DNA of 64,000 nt, taken from assembly GCA_964016885.1 (NCBI GenBank), contig OZ024743.1:135594001-135658000 (forward strand). The letters run 5' to 3'. Position numbers and translations under genes: made by a program. Within the stretch, counting starts at the first letter, position 1. Every line of letters starts with the position of its first letter. Of the stretch, positions 36,401 to 48,330 are shown one piece after another. The stretch comes from Eledone cirrhosa (Eukaryota). The notes under the pieces are model-generated. The model ran no database searches, had not been told where the DNA came from, and was given only the letters and a program-made list of their open reading frames with translations.

Positions 36401-39400
36401 CATGCTTGGTGCTTGGTGTTTGGTGCTTGGTGCTTGGTGTTTGGTGCTTGGTGTCTGGTGCATGGTGTTTGGTGCTTGATGCTTGGTGTTTGGTGTTTGG
36501 TGCTTGGTGTTTGGTGCTTGGTGCTTGGTGCTTGGTGTTAGGTGTTAGGTGTTTGGTGATTGGTGCTTGGTGTTTGGTGCTTGGTGCTTGATGTTTGGTG
36601 CTTGGTGCTTGGTGTTTGGTGCTTGGTGTTTGGTGCTTGGTACTTGGGGCTTGGTGTTTGGTGCTTGGTGCTTGGTGTTTGGTGCTTGGTGTTTGGTGTT
36701 TGGTGCTTGGTGTTTGGTGCTTGGTGCTTGGTGCTGGGTGGTTGGTGTTTGGTGCTTGGTGCTTGGTGTTTGGTGCTTGGTGCTTGGTGTTTGGTGCTTG
36801 GCGCTTGGTGCTTGGTCTTTGGTGCTTGGTGATTAGTGTTTGGTGCTTGGTGCTTGGGGTTTGGTGTTTGGTGCTTGGTGTTAGGTGTTTGGTGCTTGTG
36901 TTTGGTGTTTGGTGCTTCATGCTTGGTGCTTGGTGTTTGGTGCTTGGTGCTTGGTGTTTGGTGCTTGGTGCCTGGTGTTTGGTGCTTGATGCTTGGTGTT
37001 TGGTGTTTGGTGCTTGGTGTTTGGTGCTTGGTGCTTGGTGCTTGGTGTTAGGTGTTAGGTGTTTGATGCTTGGTGTTTGCTGTTTGGTGTTTGTTGTTTG
37101 CTGTTTGGTGTTTGGTCTTTGGTGCTTGGTCTTTGGTGCTTGGTGTTTGGTGCTTGGTGCTTGGTGTTTGGTGTTTGGTGCTTGGTGCCTGGTGCTTGTT
37201 GTTTGGTGATTGGTGCTTGGTGTTTGCTGTTTGGTGTTTGGTGTTTGGTGTTTGCTGTTTTGTGTTTCGTGCTTGGTGCTTGGTGCTTGGTGTTTGGTGC
37301 TTGGTGCTTGGTGTTTGGTGCTTGGTGCTTGATGCTTGGTGTTTGTACTTGGTGCTTGGTGCTTGGTGTTTTGTGCTTGATTCTTGGTGTTTGGTGCTTG
37401 GTGTTTGGTGCTTAGTGCTTGGTGTTTGGTGTTTGGTGCTTGGTGTTTGGTGCTTGGTGCTTGGTGCTTGGTGTTAGGTGTTTGGTGCTTGGTGTTTGGT
37501 GTTTGGTGCTTCATGCTTGGTGCTTGGTGTTTGGTGCTTGGTGCTTGGTGTTTGGTGCTTGGTGTCTGGTGCATGGTGTTTGGTGCTTGATGCTTGGTGT
37601 TTGGTGTTTGGTGCTTGGTGTTTGGTGCTTGGTGCTTGGTGCTTGGTGTTAGGTGTTAGGTGTTTGGTGATTGGTGCTTGGTGTTTGGTGCTTGGTGCTT
37701 GATGTTTGGTGCTTGGTGCTTGGTGTTTGGTGCTTGGTGTTTGGTGCTTGGTACTTGGGGCTTGGTGTTTGGTGCTTGGTGCTTGGTGTTTGGTGCTTGG
37801 TGTTTGGTGTTTGGTGCTTGGTGTTTGGTGCTTGGTGCTTGGTGCTGGGTGGTTGGTGTTTGGTGCTTGGTGCTTGGTGTTTGGTGCTTGGTGCTTGGTG
37901 TTTGGTGCTTGGCGCTTGGTGCTTGGTCTTTGGTGCTTGGTGATTAGTGTTTGGTGCTTGGTGCTTGGGGTTTGGTGTTTGGTGCTTGGTGCTTGGTGTT
38001 TGGTGCTTGGTGCTTGGTGTTTGGTGTTTGGTGCTTGGTGCCTGGTGCTTGTTGTTTGGTGATTGGTGCTTGGTGTTTGCTGTTTGGTGTTTGGTGTTTG
38101 GTGTTTGCTGTTTTGTGTTTCGTGCTTGGTGCTTGGTGCTTGGTGTTTGGTGCTTGGTGCTTGGTGTTTGGTGCTTGGTGCTTGATGCTTGGTGTTTGTA
38201 CTTGGTGCTTGGTGCTTGGTGTTTTGTGCTTGATTCTTGGTGTTTGGTGCTTGGTGTTTGGTGCTTAGTGCTTGGTGTTTGGTGTTTGGTGCTTGGTGTT
38301 TGGTGCTTGGTGCTTGGTGCTTGGTGTTAGGTGTTTGGTGCTTGGTGTTTGGTGTTTGGTGCTTCATGCTTGGTGCTTGGTGTTTGGTGCTTGGTGCTTG
38401 GTGTTTGGTGCTTGGTGTCTGGTGCATGGTGTTTGGTGCTTGATGCTTGGTGTTTGGTGTTTGGTGCTTGGTGTTTGGTGCTTGGTGCTTGGTGCTTGGT
38501 GTTAGGTGTTAGGTGTTTGGTGATTGGTGCTTGGTGTTTGGTGCTTGGTGCTTGATGTTTGGTGCTTGGTGCTTGGTGTTTGGTGCTTGGTGTTTGGTGC
38601 TTGGTACTTGGGGCTTGGTGTTTGGTGCTTGGTGCTTGGTGTTTGGTGCTTGGTGTTTGGTGTTTGGTGCTTGGTGTTTGGTGCTTGGTGCTTGGTGCTG
38701 GGTGGTTGGTGTTTGGTGCTTGGTGCTTGGTGTTTGGTGCTTGGTGCTTGGTGTTTGGTGCTTGGCGCTTGGTGCTTGGTCTTTGGTGCTTGGTGATTAG
38801 TGTTTGGTGCTTGGTGCTTGGGGTTTGGTGTTTGGTGCTTGGTGCTTGGTGTTTGGTGCTTGGTGCTTGGTGTTTGGTGCTTGGTGTTTGGTTTTTGCTG
38901 TTTGGTGTTTGGTGTTTGCTGTTTGCTGTTTGCTGTTTGGTGTCTGCTTTTTGGTGTGTGGTGTTTGCTGTATCGTGTTTGCTGTTTCGTGTTTATTGTT
39001 TGCTGTTTGGTGTTTGGTGTTTGGTGTTTGGTGTTTCCTGTTTGGTGTTTAGTGTTTGGTGCTTGGTGTTTGGTGCTTGGTGCTTGGTGTTTGGTGTTTG
39101 GTGCTTGGTGCTTGGTGTTTGGTGCTTGGTGCTTGTTGTTTGGTGATTGGTGCTTGGTGCTTGGTGTTTGGTGTTTGGTGCTTGGGGCTTGGTGTTTGGT
39201 GCTGCGTGCTTGGTGCTTGGTGCTTGGTGCTTGGTGCTTGGTGTTTGGTGTTTGATGATTGGTGTTTGGTGTTTGGTGTTTGGTGCTTGGTGCTTGGTGT
39301 TTGGTGTTTGATGCTTGCTGCTTGATGCTTGGTGCTTGGTGCTTGGTGTTTGGTGCTTGGTGCTTGGTACTTGGTGTTTGGTTCTTGGTGTTTGCTGTTT

Positions 39401-42400
39401 GCTGTTTGGTGTTTGGTGTTTGCTGTTTGCTGTTTGGTGTCTGCTTTTTGGTGTTTGTTGTTTGCTCTATGGTGTTTGCTGTTTCATGTTTGGTGTTTGC
39501 TGTTTGGTGTTTGTTGTTTGGTGTTTGGTGCTTGGTGTTTGGTGCTTGGTGCTTGGTGTTTGGTGCTAGGTGCTTGGTGCTTGGTGCTTGGTGTTTGGTG
39601 TTTGGTGCTTGGTACTTGGGGCTTGGTGTTTGGCGCTTGGTGCTTCGTGCTTGGTGTTTGGTGCTTGGTGCTTGGTGTTTGGTGTTTGGTGCTTGGTGCC
39701 TGGTGCTTGTTGTTTGGTGATTGGTGCTTGGTGTTTGCTGTTTGGTGCTGCGTGCTTGGTGCTTGGTGCTTGGTGCTTGGTGCTTGGTGTTTTGTGTTTG
39801 GTGTTTGATGCTTGGTGTTTGGTGTTTGGTGCTTGGTGCTTGGTGTTTGGTGTTTGATGCTTGGTGCTTGATGCTTGGTGCTTGGTGCTTGGTGTTTGGT
39901 GCTTGGTGCTTGGTGTTTGTACTTGGTGTTTGGTGCTTGGTGTTTGGTGCTTGGTGCTTGGTGTTTGGTGCTTGGTGCTTGGTGTTTGGTGTTTGGTGCT
40001 TGGTGTTTGGTGCTTGGTGCTTGGTGCTTGGTGTTAGGTGTTTGGTGCTTCATGCCTGGTGCTTGGTGTTTGGTGCTTGGTGCTTGGTGTTTGGTGCTTG
40101 GTGCCTGGTGCATGGTGTTTGTTGCTTGGTGCTTGGTGTTTGGTGTTTGGTGCTTGGTGTTTGGTGCTTGGTGCTTGGTGTTAGGTGTTAGGTGTTTGGT
40201 GCTTGGTGCTTGGTGCTTGGTGTTTGGTGTTTGGTGTTTGGTGCTTGCTGCTTGCTGCTTGGTGTTTGGTGCTTGGTGATTGGTGCTTGGTGTTTGGTGC
40301 TTGGTGCTTGGTGTTTGGTGCTAGGTGCTTGGTGCTTGGTGCTTGGTGTTTGGTGTTTGGTGCTTGGTACTTGGGGCTTGGTGTTTGGTGCTTGGTGCTT
40401 CGTGTTTGGTGTTTGGTGATTGGTGCTTGGTGTTTGGTGCTTGGTGTTTGGTGCTTGGTGCTTGGTGCTGTGTGGTTGGCGTTCGGTGCTTGGTGCTTGG
40501 TGTTTGGTGCTTGGTGCTTGGTGCTTGGTGTTTGGTGATTGGTGTTTGGTGTTTGGTGCTTGGTGCTTGGTGTTTGGTGCTTGGTGCTTGGTGATTAGTG
40601 TTTGGTGCTTGGTGCTTGGGGTTTGGTGTTTGGTGTTTGGTGTTTGGTGCTTGTTGTTTGGTGATTGGTGCTTGGTGTTTGCTGTTTGGTGTTTGGTGTT
40701 TGGTGTTTGCTGTTTTGTGTTTGGTGCTTGGTGCTTGGTGCTTGGTGTTTGGTGCTTGGTGCTTGGTGTTTGGTGCTTGGTGCTTGATGCTTGGTGTTTG
40801 TCCTTGGTGCTTGGTGCTTGGTGTTTTGTGCTTGATTCTTGGTGTTTGGTGCTTGGTGTTTGGTGCTTAGTGCTTGGTGTTTGGTGTTTGGTGCTTGGTG
40901 TTTGGTGCTTGGTGCTTGGTGCTTGGTGTTAGGTGTTTGGTGCTTGGTGTTTGGTGTTTGGTGCTTCATGCTTGGTGCTTGGTGTTTGGTGCTTGGTGCT
41001 TGGTGTTTGGTGCTTGGTGTCTGGTGCATGGTGTTTGGTGCTTGATGCTTGGTGTTTGGTGTTTGGTGCTTGGTGTTTGGTGCTTGGTGCTTGGTGCTTG
41101 GTGTTAGGTGTTAGGTGTTTGGTGATTGGTGCTTGGTGTTTGGTGCTTGGTGCTTGATGTTTGGTGCTTGGTGCTTGGTGTTTGGTGCTTGGTGTTTGGT
41201 GCTTGGTACTTGGGGCTTGGTGTTTGGTGCTTGGTGCTTGGTGTTTGGTGCTTGGTGTTTGGTGTTTGGTGCTTGGTGTTTGGTGCTTGGTGCTTGGTGC
41301 TGGGTGGTTGGTGTTTGGTGCTTGGTGCTTGGTGTTTGGTGCTTGGTGCTTGGTGTTTGGTGCTTGGCGCTTGGTGCTTGGTCTTTGGTGCTTGGTGATT
41401 AGTGTTTGGTGCTTGGTGCTTGGGGTTTGGTGTTTGGTGCTTGGTGCTTGGTGTTTGGTGCTTGGTGCTTGGTGTTTGGTGCTTGGTGTTTGGTTTTTGC
41501 TGTTTGGTGTTTGGTGTTTGCTGTTTGCTGTTTGCTGTTTGGTGTCTGCTTTTTGGTGTGTGGTGTTTGCTGTATCGTGTTTGCTGTTTCGTGTTTATTG
41601 TTTGCTGTTTGGTGTTTGGTGTTTGGTGTTTGGTGTTTCCTGTTTGGTGTTTAGTGTTTGGTGCTTGGTGTTTGGTGCTTGGTGCTTGGTGTTTGGTGTT
41701 TGGTGCTTGGTGCTTGGTGTTTGGTGCTTGGTGCTTGTTGTTTGGTGATTGGTGCTTGGTGCTTGGTGTTTGGTGTTTGGTGCTTGGGGCTTGGTGTTTG
41801 GTGCTGCGTGCTTGGTGCTTGGTGCTTGGTGCTTGGTGCTTGGTGTTTGGTGTTTGATGATTGGTGTTTGGTGTTTGGTGTTTGGTGCTTGGTGCTTGGT
41901 GTTTGGTGTTTGATGCTTGCTGCTTGATGCTTGGTGCTTGGTGCTTGGTGTTTGGTGCTTGGTGCTTGGTACTTGGTGTTTGGTTCTTGGTGTTTGCTGT
42001 TTGCTGTTTGGTGTTTGGTGTTTGCTGTTTGCTGTTTGGTGTCTGCTTTTTGGTGTTTGTTGTTTGCTCTATGGTGTTTGCTGTTTCATGTTTGGTGTTT
42101 GCTGTTTGGTGTTTGTTGTTTGGTGTTTGGTGCTTGGTGTTTGGTGCTTGGTGCTTGGTGTTTGGTGCTAGGTGCTTGGTGCTTGGTGCTTGGTGTTTGG
42201 TGTTTGGTGCTTGGTACTTGGGGCTTGGTGTTTGGCGCTTGGTGCTTCATGCTTGGTGTTTGGTGCTTGGTGCTTGGTGTTTGGTGTTTGGTGCTTGGTG
42301 CCTGGTGCTTGTTGTTTAGTGATTGGTGCTTGGTGTTTGCTGTTTGGTGCTGCGTGCTTGGTGCTTGGTGCTTGGTGCTTGGTGCTTGGTGTTTTGTGTT

Positions 42401-43240
42401 TGGTGTTTGATGCTTGGTGTTTGGTGTTTGGTGCTTGGTGCTTGGTGTTTGGTGTTTGATGCTTGGTGCTTGATGCTTGGTGCTTGGTGCTTGGTGTTTG
42501 GTGCTTGGTGCTTGGTGTTTGTACTTGGTGTTTGGTGCTTGGTGTTTGGTGCTTGGTGCTTGGTGTTTGGTGCTTGGTGCTTGGTGTTTGGTGTTTGGTG
42601 CTTGGTGTTTGGTGCTTGGTGCTTGGTGCTTGGTGTTAGGTGTTTGGTGCTTCATGCCTGGTGCTTGGTGTTTGGTGCTTTGTGCTTGGTGTTTGGTGCT
42701 TGGTGCCTGGTGCATGGTGTTTGTTGCTTGGTGCTTGGTGTTTGGTGTTTGGTGCTTGGTGTTTGGTGCTTGGTGCTTGGTGTTAGGTGTTAGGTGTTTG
42801 GTGCTTGGTGCTTGGTGCTTGGTGTTTGGTGTTTGGTGTTTGGTGCTTGCTGCTTGCTGCTTGGTGTTTGGTGCTTGGTGATTGGTGCTTGGTGTTTGGT
42901 GCTTGGTGCTTGGTGTTTGGTGCTAGGTGCTTGGTGCTTGGTGCTTGGTGTTTGGTGTTTGGTGCTTGGTACTTGGGGCTTGGTGTTTGGTGCTTGGTGC
43001 TTCGTGTTTGGTGTTTGGTGATTGGTGCTTGGTGTTTGGTGCTTGGTGTTTGGTGCTTGGTGCTTGGTGCTGTGTGGTTGGCGTTCGGTGCTTGGTGCTT
43101 GGTGTTTGGTGCTTGGTGCTTGGTGCTTGGTGTTTGGTGATTGGTGTTTGGTGTTTGGTGCTTGGTGCTTGGTGTTTGGTGCTTGGTGCTTGGTGATTAG
43201 TGTTTGGTGCTTGGTGCTTGGGGTTTGGTGTTTGGTGCTT
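33490..43240 (+). repeat. About 2.6-kb HOR of sub-family B: three full-length copies plus two truncated copies (1111 and 853 bp)
   Basis: The same 68-aa pseudo-ORF starts at 33699, 36273, 37384, 38237 and 40839 (offsets 2574, 1111, 853, 2602). Downstream parts at 34476/39056/41658 and 35605/40185/42787 (offsets 4580 and 2602). Confidence 0.9.
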
Positions 43241-44639
43241 GGTGCTTGGTGCTTGGTGCTTGGTTCTTGGTGTTTGGTGCTTGGTGCTTGGTGCTTGGTG
43301 TTTGGTGCTTGGTGCTTGGTGTTTGGTGCTTGGTGTTTGGTGCTTGGTGTTTGGTGCTTGGTGCTTGGTGCTTGGTGCATGGTGCTTGGTGTTTGGTGCT
43401 TGGTGTTTGGTGCTTGGTGTTAGGTGTTTGGTGCTTGGTACTTGGTGTTTGGTGTTTGGTGCTTGGTATTTGGTGCTTGGTGCTTGGTGTTTGGTGTTTG
43501 GTGCTTGGTGTTTGGTGCTTGCTACGTGGTGCTTGGTGCTTGGTGTTAGGTGTTTGGTGCTTGGTGCGTGGTGTTTGGTTTTTGGTGCTTGGTGCTTGGT
43601 GTTTGGTGTTTGGTGCTTGCTGCTGGCTGCTTGGTGTTTGGTGCTTGGTGATTGGTGCTTGGTGATTGGTGCTTGGTGTTTGGTGCTTGGTGTTTGGTGT
43701 TTGGTGCTAGGTGCTTGTTGTTTGGTGTTTGGTGCTTGGTGCTTGGTGTTTGGTGTTTGGTGCTTGGTGCTTGGTGTTTGGTGCTTGGTGCTGGGTGGTT
43801 GGTGTTTGGTGCTTGGTGTTTGGTGCTGGGTGCTTGGTGTTAGGTGCTTGGTGCTTGGTCTTTGGTGCTTGGTGTTTGGTGTTTGGTGCTTGGTGCTTGG
43901 TGCTTGGTGTTTGGTGCTTGGTGCTTGGTGTTTGGTGCTTGGTGCTTGGTGTTTGGTGCTTGGTGATTAGTGTTTGGTGCTTGGTGCTTGGGGTTTAGTG
44001 TTTGGTGCTTGGTGCTTGGTGTTTGGTGCTTGGTACTTGGTGTTTGGTGCTTGGTGTTTGGTGTTTGCTGTTTGCTGTTTGGTGTTTGGTGTTTGATGTT
44101 TGCTGTTTGGTGTCTGCTTTTTGGTGTTTGGTGTTTGCTGTATGGTGTTTGCTGTTTCGTGTTTGGTGTTTGCTGTTTGGTGTTTGGTGTTTGCTGTTTG
44201 GTGTTTGGTCTTTGGTGCTTGGTGTTTGGTGCTTGGTGTTTGGTGTTTGGTGCTTGGTGCTTGGTGTTTGGTATTTGGTGCTTGGTGCTTGGTGCTTGGT
44301 GCTTGGTGCTTGGTGTTTGGTGCTGGGTGCTTGGTGTTTGGTGTTTGGTGTTTGGTGCTTGGTGTTTGATGCTTGGTGTTTGATGCTTGGTGCTTGGTGC
44401 TTGGTGGTTGGTGCTTGGTGCTTGGTGTTTGTACTTGGTGCTTGGTGCTTGGTTCTTTGTGTTTGGTGCTTGGTGCTTGGTGCTTGGTGCTTTGTGTTTG
44501 GTGCTTGGTGTTTGGTGCTTGGTGTTTGGTGCTTGGTGCCTGGTGCGTTGGTGCTTGGTGCTTGGTGTTTGGTGCTTGGTGTTTGGTGCTTGGTGTTAGG
44601 TGTTTTGTGCTTGGTGCTTGGTGTTTGGTGTTTGGTGTT

Positions 44640-47600
44640 TGGTGTTTGGTGTTTGGTGCTTGGTGCTTGGTGTTTGGTGCTTGGTGCTGGGTGGTTGGTG
44701 TTTGGTGCTTGGTGTTTGGTGCTGGGTGCTTGGTGTTTGGTGCTTGGTGCTTGGTCTTTGGTGCTTGGTGTTTGGTGTTTGGTGCTTGCTGCTTGGTGTT
44801 TGGTTCTTGGTGCTTGGTGTTTGGTGCTTGGTGCTTAGTGTTTGGTGCTAGGTGCTTGGGGTTTGGTGTTTGGTGCTTGGTGTTTGGTGCTTGGTGCTTG
44901 GTGTTTGGTGTTTGGTGTTTGGTGCTTGGTGCTTGGTATTTGGTGTTTGCTGTTTACTGTTTGGTGTTTGTTGTTTGGTGTTTGTTGTTTGGTGTTTGTT
45001 GTTTGGTGTTTGTTGTTTGGTGTTTGCTGTTTGGTGTTTGCTGTTTGTTGTTTGGTGTTTGCTGTTTGGTGTCTGCTTTTTGGTGTTTGGTGTTTGCTGT
45101 ATGTTGTTTGCTGTTTGGTGTTTGGTGTTTGGTATTTGGTGTTTGGTGCTTGGTGCTTGGTGTTTGGTGCTTGGTGCTTGGTGTTTGGTGCCTGGTGCTT
45201 GGTGCTTGGTGTTTGGTGTTTGGTGCTTGGTGCTTGGTGCTTGGAGTTTGGTGTTTGCTGCTTGTTGCTTGGTGTTTTGTGTTTGGTGTTTGGTTTTTGG
45301 TGCTTGGTGCTTGGTGCTTGGTCCTTGGTGTTTGGTGCTGGGTGCTTTGTGTTTGGTGCTTGGTGCTTCGTGCTTGGTGTTTGGTGTTTGCTGCTTGGTG
45401 TTTGGTGCTTGGTGCTTGGTGCTTGGTGTTTTGTGTTTGGTGCTTGGTGCTTGGTGTTTGTACTTGGTGCTTGGTGCTTGGTGTTTGGTTCTTGGTTCTT
45501 GGTGTTTGGTACTTGGTGCTTGCTGCTTGGTACTTGGTGTTTGGTGCTTGGTGTTTGGTGCTTGGTGCTTGGTGTTTGGTGCTTGGTGTTTGGTGTTTGG
45601 TGCTTGGTGCTTGGTGTTTGGTGTTTGGTGTTTGCTGTTTGCTGTTTGCTGTTTGGTGTCTGCTTTTTGGTGTTTGGTGTTTGCTGTATGGTGTTTGCTG
45701 TTTCGTGTTTGGTGTTTGCTGTTTGGTGTTTGGTCTTTGGTGCTTGGTGTTTGGTGCTTGGTGCTTGGTGTTTGGTGTTTGGTGCTTGGTGCTTGGTGTT
45801 TGGTGTTTGGTGCTTGGTGCTTGGTGCTTGGTATTTGGTGTTTGGTGCTTGGTGTCTGGTGCTTGGTGTTTGGTGCTTGGTGTTTGGTGTTTGGTGTTTG
45901 GTGCTTGGTGCTTGGTATTTGGTGTTTGGTGCTTGGTGTCTGGTGCTTGGTGTTTGGTGCTTGGTGTTTGGTGTTTGGTGTTTGGTGCTTGGTGCTTGGT
46001 GTTTGGTGTTTGGTGTTTGGTGTTTGGTGTTTGCTGTTTGGTGTCTGCTTTTTGTGGTTTGGTGTTTGCTGTATGGTGTTTGCTGTTTCGTGTTTGGTGT
46101 TTGCTGTTTGGTGTTTGGTGTTTGCTGTTTGGTGTTTGGTCTTTGGTGCTTGGTGTTTGGTGCTTGGTGTTTGGTGTTTGGTGCTTGGTGCTTGGTGTTT
46201 GGTATTTGGTGCTTGGTGCTTGGTGCTTGGTGTTTGGTGTTTGGTGCTTGGTGCTTGGTGCTTGGTGTTTGGTGCTTGGTGCTTGGTGTTTGGTGCTGGG
46301 TGCTTGGTGTTTGGTGCTTGGTGCTTGGTGCTTGGTGTTTGGTGCTGGGTGCTTGGTGTTTGGTGTTTGGTGTTATATGCTTGGTGTTTGATGCTTGGTG
46401 CTTGGTGCTTGTTGTTTGGTGTTTGGTGCTTGGTGTTTGATGCTTGGTGTTTGATGCTTGGTGCTTGGTGCTTGGTGTTTGGTGCTTGGTGCTTGGTGTT
46501 TGTACTTGGTTCTTGGTGCTTGGTTCTTTGTGTTTGGTGCTTGGTGCTTGGTGCTTGGTGCTTTGTGTTTGGTGCTTGGTGTTTGGTGCTTGGTGTTTGG
46601 TGCTTGGTGCCTGGTGCTTGGTGCTTGGTGCTTGGTGTTTGGTGCTTGGTGTTTGGTGCTTGGTGTTAGGTGTTTGGTGCTTGGTGCTTGGTGTTTGGTG
46701 TTTGGTGCTTGGTGTTTGGTGCTTGGTGCTTGGTGTTTGGTGTTTGGTGCTTGGTGTTTGGTGCTTGGTACTTGGTGCTTGGTGCTTGGTGTTAGGTGTT
46801 TGGTGCTTGGTGTTTGGTTTTTGGTGCTTGGTGCTTGGTGTTTGGTGTTTGGTGCTTGCTGCTGGCTGCTTGGTGCTTGGTGATTGGGGCTTGCTGTTTG
46901 GTGCTTGGTGTTTGGTGTTTGGTGCTAGGTGCTTGGTGCTTGGTGTTTGGTGCTTGGTGCTTGGTGTTTGGTGTTTGGTGCTTGGTGCTTGGTGTTTGGT
47001 GCTTGGTGCTGGGTGGTTGGTGTTTGGTGCTTGGTGTTTGGTGCTGGGTGCTTGGTGTTTGGTGCTTGGTGCTTGGTCTTTGGTGCTTGGTGTTTGGTGT
47101 TTGGTGCTTGCTGCTTGGTGTTTGGTTCTTGGTGCTTGGTGTTTGGTGCTTGGTGCTTAGTGTTTGGTGCTAGGTGCTTGGGGTTTGGTGTTTGGTGCTT
47201 GGTGTTTGGTCCTTGGTGCTTGGTGTTTGGTGTTTGCTGTTTACTGTTTGGTGTTTGTTGTTTGGTGTTTGTTGTTTGGTGTTTGTTGTTTGGTGTTTGT
47301 TGTTTGGTGTTTGCTGTTTGGTGTTTGGTGTTTGTTGTTTGGTGTTTGCTGTTTGGTGTCTGCTTTTTGGTGTTTGGTGTTTGCTGTATGTTGTTTGCTG
47401 TTTGGTGTTTGGTGTTTGGTATTTGGTGTTTGGTGCTTGGTGCTTGGTGTTTGGTGCTTGGTGCTTGGTGTTTGGTGCCTGGTGCTTGGTGCTTGGTGTT
47501 TGGTGTTTGGTGCTTGGTGCTTGGTGCTTGGAGTTTGGTGTTTGGTGCTTGTTGCTTGGTGTTTTGTGTTTGGTGTTTGGTTTTTGGTGCTTGGTGCTTG

Positions 47601-48330
47601 GTGCTTGGTCCTTGGTGTTTGGTGCTGGGTGCTTTGTGTTTGGTGCTTGGTGCTTCGTGCTTGGTGTTTGGTGTTTGCTGCTTGGTGTTTGGTGCTTGGT
47701 GCTTGGTGCTTGGTGTTTTGTGTTTGGTGCTTGGTGCTTGGTGTTTGTACTTGGTGCTTGGTGCTTGGTGTTTGGTTCTTGGTTCTTGGTGTTTGGTACT
47801 TGGTGCTTGCTGCTTGGTGCTTGGTGTTTGGTGCTTGGTGTTTGGTGCTTGGTGCTTGGTGTTTGGTGCTTGGTGTTTGGTGTTTGGTGCTTGGTGCTTG
47901 GTGTTTGGTGTTTGGTGTTTGCTGTTTGCTGTTTGCTGTTTGGTGTCTGCTTTTTGGTGTTTGTTGTTTGCTGTATGGTGTTTGCTGTTTAGTGTTTGGT
48001 GTTTGCTGTTTGGTGTTTGGTCTTTGGTGCTTGGTGTTTGGTGCTTGGTGCTTGGTGTTTGGTGTTTGGTGCTTGGTGCTTGGTGTTTGGTGTTTGGTGC
48101 TTGGTGCTTGGTGCTTGGTATTTGGTGTTTGGTGCTTGGTGTCTGGGGCTTGGTGTTTGGTTCTTGGTGTTTGGTGTTTGGTGTTTGGTGCTTGGTGCTT
48201 GGTATTTGGTGTTTGGTGCTTGGTGTCTGGTGCTTGGTGTTTGGTGCTTGGTGTTTGGTGTTTGGTGTTTGGTGCTTGGTGCTTGGTGTTTGGTGTTTGG
48301 TGTTTGGTGTTTGGTGTTTGCTGTTTGGTG
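44640..48330 (+). repeat. Imperfect repeat with period about 2.3 kb (sub-family A)
   Basis: ORF pairs 44842/47164 and 44852/47174 are offset 2322. Shared marker order TTAGTG, GCTAGG, GGGG, TTACTG, GGAG, GGTCC, TTGTAC. The offset drifts by whole heptamers. Confidence 0.7.
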
